NCBI GenBank assembly: GCA_034408725.1
Contig: JAWXCN010000071.1
Span: 1-32,760 of the forward strand
Source of the DNA: Candidatus Hydrogenedentota bacterium
GTDB taxonomy: Bacteria > Hydrogenedentota > Hydrogenedentia > Hydrogenedentales > SLHB01
Reading direction: 5' to 3'
Length of the DNA: 32,760 nucleotides
Below the pieces are notes generated by a model, which searched no databases, was not told where the DNA came from, and worked only from the letters and a program-made list of their open reading frames with translations. Below are positions 16,658 through 25,150 of the stretch, one piece after another. Within the stretch, counting starts at the first letter, position 1. Every line of letters begins with the position of its first letter. The translations under genes were made by a program, and so were the position numbers.

Positions 16658-18212
16658 ACGAACCGGGAGCGTTAACTTCGCGGCGACGAAAACGTCCACC
16701 CTGGAAATGTGCGCCGTGGGCTTCGCGGTCCTGTCGACCGCCGCGCTTTCGTTCGCGAACCTCGGCGGACCCAGCCTTTGGCACGATGAACTAATCCATC
16801 TCTTCGTTGGCAAAGAAATTCTGGAAACCGGCAAGCCGCTTTTACTCAGTGGCCGCCTGTTCACGAACGGCACGTTGTTCAATTATTTGCTGGCGGGCGT
16901 GATAGCCATTTTCGGCGATGGCGAATCCGCGGCGCGTTCAATTTCCGCCGTATTTGCCGTCGTCAATATCGTCCTAACATATCGCGTATTGCGACCGTTA
17001 ATCGGTGGCCCCGCAGCCGCGCTTACCGTGCTCCTGCTCGCATGGTCGCCGTGGCAATTGGCCTGGGCGCGGCAAGCGCGGTTTTATATGCTGCACCAGA
17101 CTGTCTACCTCGCGACCATGCTCGCCGTATGGCGCTTTGGCGAAGCCTCGACGCCGCGCGGCGCCGTGAAATGGGGCGCGGCAGTGTGCGTTGCTTACAT
17201 CGCGGGACTGTTGGCTGGCCCGCAGACGATCTTTTTTCTTGCGCCGATCGGCGCGTACTCGGCCTGTCTGTGGCTGCGGGATCGACAGTTGCGCTCGCGT
17301 TGGACCGCGCTCGCCGTGCTTTGCGCAGTCCTGGGCGCCGCAACGCTGGCGGGCTATTACGTCACGCTGCCCAAAGCCGAGCATGACGCGATTTTTGCCG
17401 AAGCGCTCCAATCCGGCGCGCGGCCCGATGATTTAATTGATCACGATCAATCCGACGCTTTTTATTATTTCCGCTTCTACACGCTGAACCTCGGCAGCGG
17501 CTTTTTCGTGCTCGCGTGCGCGAGTTTCGCGCTACTGCTCGCGCGTAGAGACCGGCACGGCTTGTTCATCGCCTTGGCATTTCTGATTCCGTTATTGATC
17601 CTCAATTTCGGAATCGCGAACCACCGACGATACCGTTTCTTGTTTTTCGCATACCCTTTCTACGTTGCCGCAAGCGCGTACGCAGCCGTGCGCCTCGCAA
17701 TGTTCATCCGGACATCCAAACAGTCTGCGTGGCGCATGGCCGCCGCGACGCTGCTCCTGTTATTTGCGGCGCGACTCGCCCTCACCCAGTACCGCCTCGT
17801 GGCCGATTGTCTCGAAATCGCCAAAGGCGGCAACACAACATTGGCAACGCACCATCCACAATGGCGGCAACCGTGCGCCTACGTGCGTGAGCATTCCGGC
17901 GGCGCGGTCGTGGTTTGCACGACTTACATTACCGCGCTGTATTACGTGGGCCGTGTCGATAATTGGTATCCGAGCCGGGTGATCGTCTGGGAGTACATCG
18001 AATCGGGCATGGATGGCATGAAGACGCTCAATGAATTGAAGGGCTATGTGCGGGAGAACCCGCGCGGGTTTTTTATCGCGGAAACGCGCCGCTTCCACAT
18101 ATGGCCGTTCTTCGCGGAAGACCTTGCGTGGGTCGAGGCGAACATGCAAAAGATCGACGAAGCGTCGAACAGCGATATAACCGTGTACGCATGGGGCGGC
18201 GGCACAGAATAA
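16638..18212 (+). CDS. GT-C fold (ArnT/PMT_2, GT39/GT83-like) membrane glycosyltransferase
   Basis: 'SLWHDE' acidic motif in the first periplasmic loop, 'ARSIS', 'RQARFY', multiple TM helices; start uncertain. Confidence 0.8.
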   Translation: MKRPVHERTGSVNFAATKTSTLEMCAVGFAVLSTAALSFANLGGPSLWHDELIHLFVGKEILETGKPLLLSGRLFTNGTLFNYLLAGVIAIFGDGESAARSISAVFAVVNIVLTYRVLRPLIGGPAAALTVLLLAWSPWQLAWARQARFYMLHQTVYLATMLAVWRFGEASTPRGAVKWGAAVCVAYIAGLLAGPQTIFFLAPIGAYSACLWLRDRQLRSRWTALAVLCAVLGAATLAGYYVTLPKAEHDAIFAEALQSGARPDDLIDHDQSDAFYYFRFYTLNLGSGFFVLACASFALLLARRDRHGLFIALAFLIPLLILNFGIANHRRYRFLFFAYPFYVAASAYAAVRLAMFIRTSKQSAWRMAAATLLLLFAARLALTQYRLVADCLEIAKGGNTTLATHHPQWRQPCAYVREHSGGAVVVCTTYITALYYVGRVDNWYPSRVIVWEYIESGMDGMKTLNELKGYVRENPRGFFIAETRRFHIWPFFAEDLAWVEANMQKIDEASNSDITVYAWGGGTE

Positions 18213-18275
18213 ATTCGATTACCTCCGCGCGGATAATTAGGATTACGGCCCGAACGCGGATCGAGTGACCGGCAC

Positions 18276-18971
18276 ATGGATTACGCAAAAAATTACGAGC
18301 GGTGTTGCCTCGAAGAAACCAACGCATTTCAGCGTTGGTTCGTCGGTCTTCTCGCGCGAAAAGCACAACAACTTGGCCAGACGAGCCATAAAATCTGGTC
18401 CTTGAAGTGGGTGCTGGACGAGTTCTTTCCGTCCCGCACAAACCTCACCGTGCTCGATTGCGGGGCGTGGAACGGCTGGTTTCTCAGCTACAAATCGCCC
18501 GCGATTCGCAAGCGAATCGCGCTGGATTTCGATGCGCATTACGCAAAGGAATTGCGGGAGCAGGGTATCGATTTTATTCTGTCGGATATGGAGCGGGGCT
18601 TCATTCCGCTCGCGGAAAACTCGATCGACCTTCTTGCGATGACCAGCACGCTCGAACACTTGGGGTGTCCCGAAAAGATCGCAACCGAACTTCGCCGCGT
18701 ATTGAAACCCGGCGGCATCGTGTTCATTACCGTGCCGGATATTATGAAATATGGTTTTCGCTTTTGGAACGATATTACGCACAAACGGCCATTCACACGG
18801 GACGCAATGAGATTCCTTTTTGAAACGCATGGCATGGAAACTTTGGAATTGTGTCCGTATAACCACAATCTGTTCGTGGCCGGGAACCTGTTTCCGCGCG
18901 GCATGCACCGGTTCCTCATGCGATTTCGCGGCGACGCAATCCTCTACGTTGGCAGGAAACCCGGCGCGTGA
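18276..18971 (+). CDS. Class I SAM-dependent methyltransferase
   Basis: 'VLDCGAWNG', 'TLEHL', 'RRVLKPGGIVFITVP', 'FWNDITHKRPFT'. Confidence 0.88.
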   Translation: MDYAKNYERCCLEETNAFQRWFVGLLARKAQQLGQTSHKIWSLKWVLDEFFPSRTNLTVLDCGAWNGWFLSYKSPAIRKRIALDFDAHYAKELREQGIDFILSDMERGFIPLAENSIDLLAMTSTLEHLGCPEKIATELRRVLKPGGIVFITVPDIMKYGFRFWNDITHKRPFTRDAMRFLFETHGMETLELCPYNHNLFVAGNLFPRGMHRFLMRFRGDAILYVGRKPGA

Positions 18972-19654
18972 AACGTCCCCAGGCAGTGTTGTTTGACCGT
19001 CTCGCCGCGGGCGCAAAACTTTACGACTATCCTGCCGAATCCTTGCGCATGCTCGACGGCATTGTCCCGCAAAAGGGCCGCACATTGGACATAGGCTGCG
19101 GCGACGGCGCAATTGCCGCCGCATTTACGGGCGGGCGGATCATGGGGTTCGACGTGTCGGCGCGGTGCGCACAGTTAAGCGCGTCGCGCGGCGTGCCTGC
19201 GATTGTCGCGGACGCGCAGGACGGATTGCCTTTTGCCGATGGCTCGTTTGACACCGTCTATTGCGTGGACGTGTTGCACCATCTTGAAGTCCGTTGGGCT
19301 CCGTTGCTGATCGAAGCGCACCGCGTGTTGCGGTCCGGCGGCTCGTTGGTCATCGTTGAGCCGGATGCGCGAAATCCCTTTGTGCGCGTCACCCAAGCCC
19401 CGGACTCGCCGTTGCGTGTCGCGCCATTTAATAACGAGCCGGCCATAAACCCGGACGAGCTGCTGCCTGTACTCGATGAATGCGGCTATGCCTGTTCCTG
19501 CGCCCCGATACACATCACCGGCGAACAAATCGAGCGCCGCACGTTTCCGATGTGGCAGCGCGCGTTGAAAGCGCCGTTTGTGCTTGGCCTTGCCTTTTGG
19601 TTTCGCGACGTGCCGAACAAGTTTGTTATCGTCGCGCGAAAGAAAAGCCCATGA
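18968..19654 (+). CDS. Class I SAM-dependent methyltransferase
   Basis: 'LDIGCGDG', 'LPFADGSFDTV', 'VLHHL', 'RVLRSGG'; GTGA overlap with the previous gene. Confidence 0.9.
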   Translation: MKRPQAVLFDRLAAGAKLYDYPAESLRMLDGIVPQKGRTLDIGCGDGAIAAAFTGGRIMGFDVSARCAQLSASRGVPAIVADAQDGLPFADGSFDTVYCVDVLHHLEVRWAPLLIEAHRVLRSGGSLVIVEPDARNPFVRVTQAPDSPLRVAPFNNEPAINPDELLPVLDECGYACSCAPIHITGEQIERRTFPMWQRALKAPFVLGLAFWFRDVPNKFVIVARKKSP

Positions 19655-20349
19655 CCGTTATGTCGTCCTGCGTGTTGATCACGGGCGCTACGGGCCTTGT
19701 CGGGCGCGGACTCGCAACACATTTCGCCGGGCGAGGCTATCGCGTGGCGTTGACGGCGCGCGACAGCGGGAGACTCGAATCGCTCGCAGCGGAAATTGGG
19801 GCGGCGGCTTGGCAATCGTCGGACCTTGCGGATGCGGCGTCGCTCAAGAGGCTGGTGGAGCACCTCGACGCAGCAAGTGCATCTCCCGATGTGTTGATCA
19901 ACAATGCGGCTGACGTTACTTCAAAACCCCTGCTCGACACGGCCCTCGACGAGATAGATCACCTCTTGCGCGTGAACGTAATCGGCGCTTTGCAGCTAAC
20001 CCGCTTGATCGCGCCATCCATGATCAGCCGCGGCAACGGGACGATTGTGAACATTTCCTCGCTGGCGGGCTTCAAACCGAACCGCGCGCAAACGGTGTAC
20101 AGTGTGTCGAAGTCCGCGGTGAACGCAATGTCCGAGGCGTTACGCGCTGAACTCGGGCCGCGCGGCATTCATTGTGTGAACGTGGCGTTGATGGGTGTCG
20201 GCGATGGGCCGGGCCGCGTTTCGATGGACGTAGTTGCGCGCCGCATCGCGCGCGCAATCAATGATCGCGAACCGGATGTGTTTTTTTACTGGAGGACAAA
20301 ATGGTTGATGCGGTTGTATGGGGCATTGCCGGCGTTGATGCGGCGGTGA
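19651..20349 (+). CDS. SDR family NAD(P)-dependent oxidoreductase
   Basis: 'ITGATGLVG', 'INNA', 'NISS', 'YSVSK' catalytic motif; ATG 19651 overlaps the previous stop (ATGA). Confidence 0.9.
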   Translation: MTVMSSCVLITGATGLVGRGLATHFAGRGYRVALTARDSGRLESLAAEIGAAAWQSSDLADAASLKRLVEHLDAASASPDVLINNAADVTSKPLLDTALDEIDHLLRVNVIGALQLTRLIAPSMISRGNGTIVNISSLAGFKPNRAQTVYSVSKSAVNAMSEALRAELGPRGIHCVNVALMGVGDGPGRVSMDVVARRIARAINDREPDVFFYWRTKWLMRLYGALPALMRR

Positions 20350-20436
20350 ATACAATGTCCCGGACATACGGCAATACGGGGACAGCCACCGGCAGCCAGA
20401 ACGCGCTGCCGGTGACAGTCCCCTGAGAGGCTTGCT

Positions 20437-21462
20437 TTGACTGGCAACGAAAAAATCGGCGTACTTCTCATTAACACGGGCACCACGGATGCCCCGCGCG
20501 CGGAAGAGACGCGGGTGTATCTGCGGCAATTTCTGTCGGACCCGCGCGTGCTGGACATTAATCCCGTTGTCCGCTGGTTGTTGTTGAACCTTGTGATTCT
20601 CCGCACGCGTCCGAAAAATTCCGCGCACGCCTATAGCCAGATTTGGACCGGGCGCGGTTCTCCATTGATTGCGAATTCCCTCGACCTGGCGGCGGCGCTC
20701 AAGGAACGCATGCCTCGAATCGAGTTCGCCATCGGGATGCGCTACGGAAAGCCCTCGATTGAATCCGGTTTTGACGAGTTGCTTGCCAAAGGCGTCGACC
20801 GCCTTATCGCCGCTCCCCTATTTCCGCAATATTCTTCGGCCGCGAACGGTTCGGCATTGGAAGTGGTGTACAGTCGCGCGGCGAAACTTTGGAACGTGCC
20901 GCCGATTTCAGTGTTGCCGCCGTGCTACGCCGACCCTGGGTTCATCAATGCTTGGGCCGCCGTGTGTGCGCCGGTGTTGGACGCGTTCAAGCCCGACCTG
21001 CTGTTGTTGAGTTATCACGGCCTGCCCGAGCGACACGTGAAAAAGAGCGACAAGACCGGCGGGCATTGTCTGGCAAGCGCGTCGTGTTGCAATGCCATTG
21101 TCGATGCCAATCAGCATTGTTATCGCGCGCACTGCATGGCCACGAGCCGATTGCTCGCGGCGCAACTGGGGCTGGCGGATGGGCAGTATTCAGTGGCGTT
21201 TCAGTCGCGGCTCGGTCGCGATCCGTGGATCAAACCCGCTACGGATGAAGTCGTGCCCGCACTCGCGAAGAAGGGGATCAAGCGGCTGGCGGTGGCATGC
21301 CCGTCGTTCACCGCGGATTGCCTCGAAACGCTCGAGGAAATCGGCATGCGCGCAAAGGACGATTTTTTTGCGGCGGGCGGCGAAGCGTTTGCGTTTATTC
21401 CGTGTTTGAACGCGCATCCTGTTTGGGTGGATGCGTTGGCCGGGATGTTGGAGAATCTGTGA
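20437..21462 (+). CDS. hemH: Ferrochelatase
   Basis: 'GVLLINTGT', 'YLRQFLSDPRV', 'MRYGKPSI', 'PLFPQYS', 'SYHGLP', 'FQSRLG..PW', 'FTADCLETLEEI'. Confidence 0.97.
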   Translation: MTGNEKIGVLLINTGTTDAPRAEETRVYLRQFLSDPRVLDINPVVRWLLLNLVILRTRPKNSAHAYSQIWTGRGSPLIANSLDLAAALKERMPRIEFAIGMRYGKPSIESGFDELLAKGVDRLIAAPLFPQYSSAANGSALEVVYSRAAKLWNVPPISVLPPCYADPGFINAWAAVCAPVLDAFKPDLLLLSYHGLPERHVKKSDKTGGHCLASASCCNAIVDANQHCYRAHCMATSRLLAAQLGLADGQYSVAFQSRLGRDPWIKPATDEVVPALAKKGIKRLAVACPSFTADCLETLEEIGMRAKDDFFAAGGEAFAFIPCLNAHPVWVDALAGMLENL

Positions 21463-21474
21463 GTGATCGAACGC

Positions 21475-22557
21475 CTAGCGCGACCCGGCCGACAAAAACA
21501 CAATTATCCCTACCACCGCTGTCAACGCGATAACCGCCAGCGCGATCTTGATCCAGCTCCAGGGCCGCTCCCCCTGCACCTCGCCCGTGCGCGCGTTCAC
21601 GAGGAACCGGAAAACCTTTCCGCGGTAGCGGTACGCGCTAATCCAAATCGGCAGCAAGATGTGCTTAAACGTAATGTTGTCGTATTGAGATGCAGTTGAT
21701 GTCACCCGTTGATGATCGCCGCCGATGTCCGCGCAGATCGTGGCGTGGATCGCCGAAGCCATGATCGCCTTCGCGAGTTCGAAGCCGCCGCGCAAATCGA
21801 CCTGATAACTTTCCGCGCCAAACCCGGCGAGATACCCGGCCTGATACGGCACGAGGTGCTGCATGTCCCACGGCGCGAGTTCGTGTGCATATTCGCGCGG
21901 AAGGGAATTACTCGCCACGACCAGCACGTCGTCGAACTGATTGAACACCGTGCCGGAAGCGGGCGACCAACGCGTGCGGCGCACCTGCCGTGTGCGGGTC
22001 ACGTGCCGTCCATTTTCAAACGCCGTGTACGACTCCGTGGTCCAGTAGTCGTCGCCGCGCATGCCGCTGTATACCGTCGTCGTGTTGCAGTCGTAGGTCC
22101 AGTACGGACAATACATTCCGTTGACCGGGGCATCCTGGCGCGCGCGCCGTCGCAATTCGTTCGGCGCGAACCAGAGGCCGCGAATCCAATCCCGGAACAG
22201 GTTGCCCGCGGTTTTCCGATCTATATCGAACGGCAGCAGCGCCTTTGGCTTGAGTTGTTTCCTCGATGCGCCCGTCGCGACGATGTCCGCGCCGCAAAAT
22301 GGGCATTTGCCCGCGGTGACGTTCGGCGGTTTGGTGGATTCCGCTCCGCAGGTCACACACTTCACGGTAATGACGTCGATGGTCTCCGCGGTGCGTTCGG
22401 CGTTATTCAGGTGGTCGACGTAGTCGAGCTCATGGATTTCGTCCGCGGACGCTGGAATAACATTTTCCGCGCCGCAATACCGGCACCGCTGGGCGTGTGT
22501 GCCGGGTTCGTATTCAAGCTGGGCGCCGCATTGGTGGCATGGAAACATTTGCTGCAT
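21475..22557 (-). CDS. Zinc-ribbon membrane-anchored protein (YdjG-like)
   Basis: Four CxxC pairs (CHQC, CRYC, CVTC, CPFC), 'YCPYWTYD', 'FLVNARTGEVQGERPWS' and a C-terminal TM helix. Confidence 0.75.
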   Translation of the reverse strand: MQQMFPCHQCGAQLEYEPGTHAQRCRYCGAENVIPASADEIHELDYVDHLNNAERTAETIDVITVKCVTCGAESTKPPNVTAGKCPFCGADIVATGASRKQLKPKALLPFDIDRKTAGNLFRDWIRGLWFAPNELRRRARQDAPVNGMYCPYWTYDCNTTTVYSGMRGDDYWTTESYTAFENGRHVTRTRQVRRTRWSPASGTVFNQFDDVLVVASNSLPREYAHELAPWDMQHLVPYQAGYLAGFGAESYQVDLRGGFELAKAIMASAIHATICADIGGDHQRVTSTASQYDNITFKHILLPIWISAYRYRGKVFRFLVNARTGEVQGERPWSWIKIALAVIALTAVVGIIVFLSAGSR

Positions 22558-22643
22558 GGCGTTGGCATAAAAGAATCCCTGATCGGGGTGCTGCGATCAA
22601 GCTGCGGCTCGCATTTGCGGTTTTTACGCGCAGATGGGGAAAG

Positions 22644-22678
22644 TTCGATTACGAGCACGAGCACGAGCACGAGCACGA
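22644..22678. repeat. TTCGATTAC(GAGCAC)4 hexamer tandem repeat (family C)
   Basis: TTCGATTAC followed by four GAGCAC units; shares the TCGATTACGA core with 15793-15802. Confidence 0.75.
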
Positions 22679-22719
22679 AACAGTAAGACGTGTGCGAAAA
22701 AAATGGCAGGTAGTTCCAT

Positions 22720-24030
22720 TTACGGCTGCACCGCCACGGGAATGTAGACCCGCGCGCCGCCGGGGACGTCGGTTTCCACCACTACGATTGAGGTTAGCCG
22801 GTCGGGGTTGGCGGGTGATTGCGCCGTAACCGTTACTGATGCGGAGATATTGGCATCATTCGCTTCGGACTGTGTTACCGCGGCGGTAAGTATGTCCTGC
22901 TCGAACCCGATGTTGGTGATCTTCAAAGGTCCCCCGAGTCCGCTGGAAAATTTGACCGTTCGTGTTTCGCCCGGTTTGATGGTGAGGATGGCCGGTTCGG
23001 CAATCACAGATGCCGCCATGCGAAAATATATTGGTATGACCGTGACGGGCTGGTCGGCACTGTCCGTCATGACGTAGACGGCGCCTGACTGCGGGCCTTC
23101 GCCCGCGTTGTCGCCCGCGTGAATGGCAATCTTGTGTACGGCGGCGCCCTCGGCAGTTGGGACAATGATCGCCTTGACGGCGCCAATGGCCATTGCACCG
23201 AGCAGTTTCGGCAATCGTGCGCCGGACTCGCTGGGAGCGACGGTGATCTCGGAGATGCGCTGGCCAAGGGTGTATGCCGTCTTCGGGCTAATGATCGCGG
23301 GCGGTGTGACCAACACGTCGCCAATAATTTCTCCGCGCAGTGGCGCGATAATTTGCGCTTCTTCGCCGGCAACGCGCACGCGCGCTTCCACCTCCAATTC
23401 CAGAATCCCGAGCGGAACTTCTGGCGCAACTGTAAACGTCGCGACGATCAGGCGTTCGTCGCCTCGCGTAATTTTTTCAGTCTCCACGCGCACGCCGGGA
23501 TTCGACACGGTAATCTCGATCAGTTCGATGTCGTTCTTCGAGTTTCCTGGCGAAATTTCGAGTTTCTTGTTGATGGTGTCTCCGCGCGGCACGTAACCCC
23601 AGACAACACCGTTTGGCGGACGCACCACCACCAACGATTCAACGAACGCTGTGACATCGAGCGTCAACGCCGGATTTGCGGGGTCATCCGTCATGATTGC
23701 GATCACCGCGCCCTGCGGCCCTATGCGATCTTTTGAATCGTACCGCACCGGCAAATTGTACGTAGCGCCCGGCGCGATCATCGCGAGTTCCGCCGGGGGC
23801 ATTTCGAGGATCACGCAGGGACACGATGAATTCACTTTGGTAATGGTGTACGCCGCATCGCCGTCATTGCGGATGGGTATCGTCTTTTCCGCAGTGTCAC
23901 CTCGCAGCACCGTTCCGAAATCAAGTTTCTCGATCCCAAGCACGGCTTTTGGCGCGCCTAGCGCCGGCGAGGAGAGCAATACGACGAAGCTCGAAAGCAT
24001 GCCGGCCAGTCGAAAAAATTTTAATTTCAT
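22720..24030 (-). CDS. Secreted DUF1573 / Ig-like domain protein
   Basis: Signal peptide; 'DFGTV..G......IRNDGD...I..V.SSCPC' DUF1573-type motif followed by beta-rich repeats. Confidence 0.75.
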   Translation of the reverse strand: MKLKFFRLAGMLSSFVVLLSSPALGAPKAVLGIEKLDFGTVLRGDTAEKTIPIRNDGDAAYTITKVNSSCPCVILEMPPAELAMIAPGATYNLPVRYDSKDRIGPQGAVIAIMTDDPANPALTLDVTAFVESLVVVRPPNGVVWGYVPRGDTINKKLEISPGNSKNDIELIEITVSNPGVRVETEKITRGDERLIVATFTVAPEVPLGILELEVEARVRVAGEEAQIIAPLRGEIIGDVLVTPPAIISPKTAYTLGQRISEITVAPSESGARLPKLLGAMAIGAVKAIIVPTAEGAAVHKIAIHAGDNAGEGPQSGAVYVMTDSADQPVTVIPIYFRMAASVIAEPAILTIKPGETRTVKFSSGLGGPLKITNIGFEQDILTAAVTQSEANDANISASVTVTAQSPANPDRLTSIVVVETDVPGGARVYIPVAVQP

Positions 24031-24054
24031 GCGTCCGCTGTCCCAGAAATATCC

Positions 24055-24084
24055 GGGCCTGCAAGCACGAATGCTTGCAGGCCC
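24055..24084 (-). terminator. Perfect 13-bp hairpin downstream of the GDSL gene (terminator or stability hairpin)
   Basis: GGGCCTGCAAGCA-TTCG-TGCTTGCAGGCCC on the minus strand, about 40 nt after the stop at 24126; no strong U-tract. Confidence 0.5.
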
Positions 24085-24125
24085 AGCGAAGTAACTACTG
24101 CGTATTCACCGGATACCAGAGGTGC

Positions 24126-24923
24126 TTAGAAGCGCGATGCGTCGTAAGTGATGTTCGCCAGCAGGTGTTGGCCGCTCTTGTCCGGATGGAAGCAATCGAT
24201 GTCGCTCAGGTTGCCACGGCTGAACTGCCATTCAAATACATCGTCGTCGAAAGGAAGGCCGCGCTGCGCGCAAATGCCGCGGAGCACGTTGTTGTATTCG
24301 ATGTTGCGCGCATCCGCCGCGTTGCGCTGCGTCGAGCCGTTGCGGAGGACGTTGTCGCACCACTGGAACACACCCCACTGCAACAGGCAACCGAGGTTGA
24401 ATCGGCCCACGTCATACACCCGCTTCACGCGCACGACTTCCGTCACAAGAATTGTTGCATCCGGAAGTCCGGCCTGCAGCGTGTTCAACGCGGTCGTGAA
24501 ATTACCCGTGTAGCTCGCCACCGTCGTCATTTGCGCCGTGCTGTCAGCACAGACGTCATTGCCGCCCATTTGGATCACGACGTACTGTGCGCCGGAGGAA
24601 ACCGCGGCATTTGCCTGGCCCGGCAGATCATCCATTTGCGCGCCGGATTCAGCGAGGTTGAAGGTGTTGCCGCCAATGGAGGGGTTGGCCGCGAGAATGC
24701 GTTCATAATGGCTGGTTACACCATCGCCCGCTTCATACCCCGTTGACCACGAATGTTGCGGCTGTCCGTAATCAAGACCGCCGATGGAATTGTCGGACAG
24801 CGCGGCGCGGGTGATGCTGTCGCCAAGGCCGGCGATTGAATTCGGAAGTTGGGCTTGGGCGGCGCCCGAGCAGACCAATGCGGCTATCGCAAGCGCCGCA
24901 AAATAAAATTTCCGAGACTGCAT
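24126..24923 (-). CDS. Secreted SGNH/GDSL hydrolase
   Basis: Signal peptide, block I 'GLGDSIT', block III 'MGGNDVC', block V 'DCFHP'. Confidence 0.9.
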   Translation of the reverse strand: MQSRKFYFAALAIAALVCSGAAQAQLPNSIAGLGDSITRAALSDNSIGGLDYGQPQHSWSTGYEAGDGVTSHYERILAANPSIGGNTFNLAESGAQMDDLPGQANAAVSSGAQYVVIQMGGNDVCADSTAQMTTVASYTGNFTTALNTLQAGLPDATILVTEVVRVKRVYDVGRFNLGCLLQWGVFQWCDNVLRNGSTQRNAADARNIEYNNVLRGICAQRGLPFDDDVFEWQFSRGNLSDIDCFHPDKSGQHLLANITYDASRF

Positions 24924-25150
24924 GATTGTACGCTCCCTTGGATGTTTGATTTGGTTGACCCGAAATTACCAAAACACACCAGCTTGCCCAGAATGTTGCC
25001 AGTACACCCCCTTTACTTCCCCGCGAAGAGAGAGGCCAACGGACACATCGGTCACACAGAGAAACGTATTTTTTTGCCCAGCGCGGTCACGCTAACACAC
25101 GTCACGCGATCTGTCAATGCTTCTGACAATTCTTGACGGGACTACCCGAT

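Noticed and set aside
22644-22678. GAGCAC tandem repeats as a CRISPR array
   Set aside because: These are 6-bp units with no spacers, and no cas genes are nearby.
21709-22686. 325-aa plus-strand ORF and other long antisense ORFs (for example 18243-19124, 28701-29540, 23949-24746)
   Set aside because: These are shadow ORFs opposite well-supported genes, as expected in high-GC DNA, and show no family motifs.
24985-25002. Possible sigma54 promoter upstream of the GDSL gene (minus strand TGGCAACATTCTGGGC)
   Set aside because: The -12 TTGC element is not matched at the required spacing.
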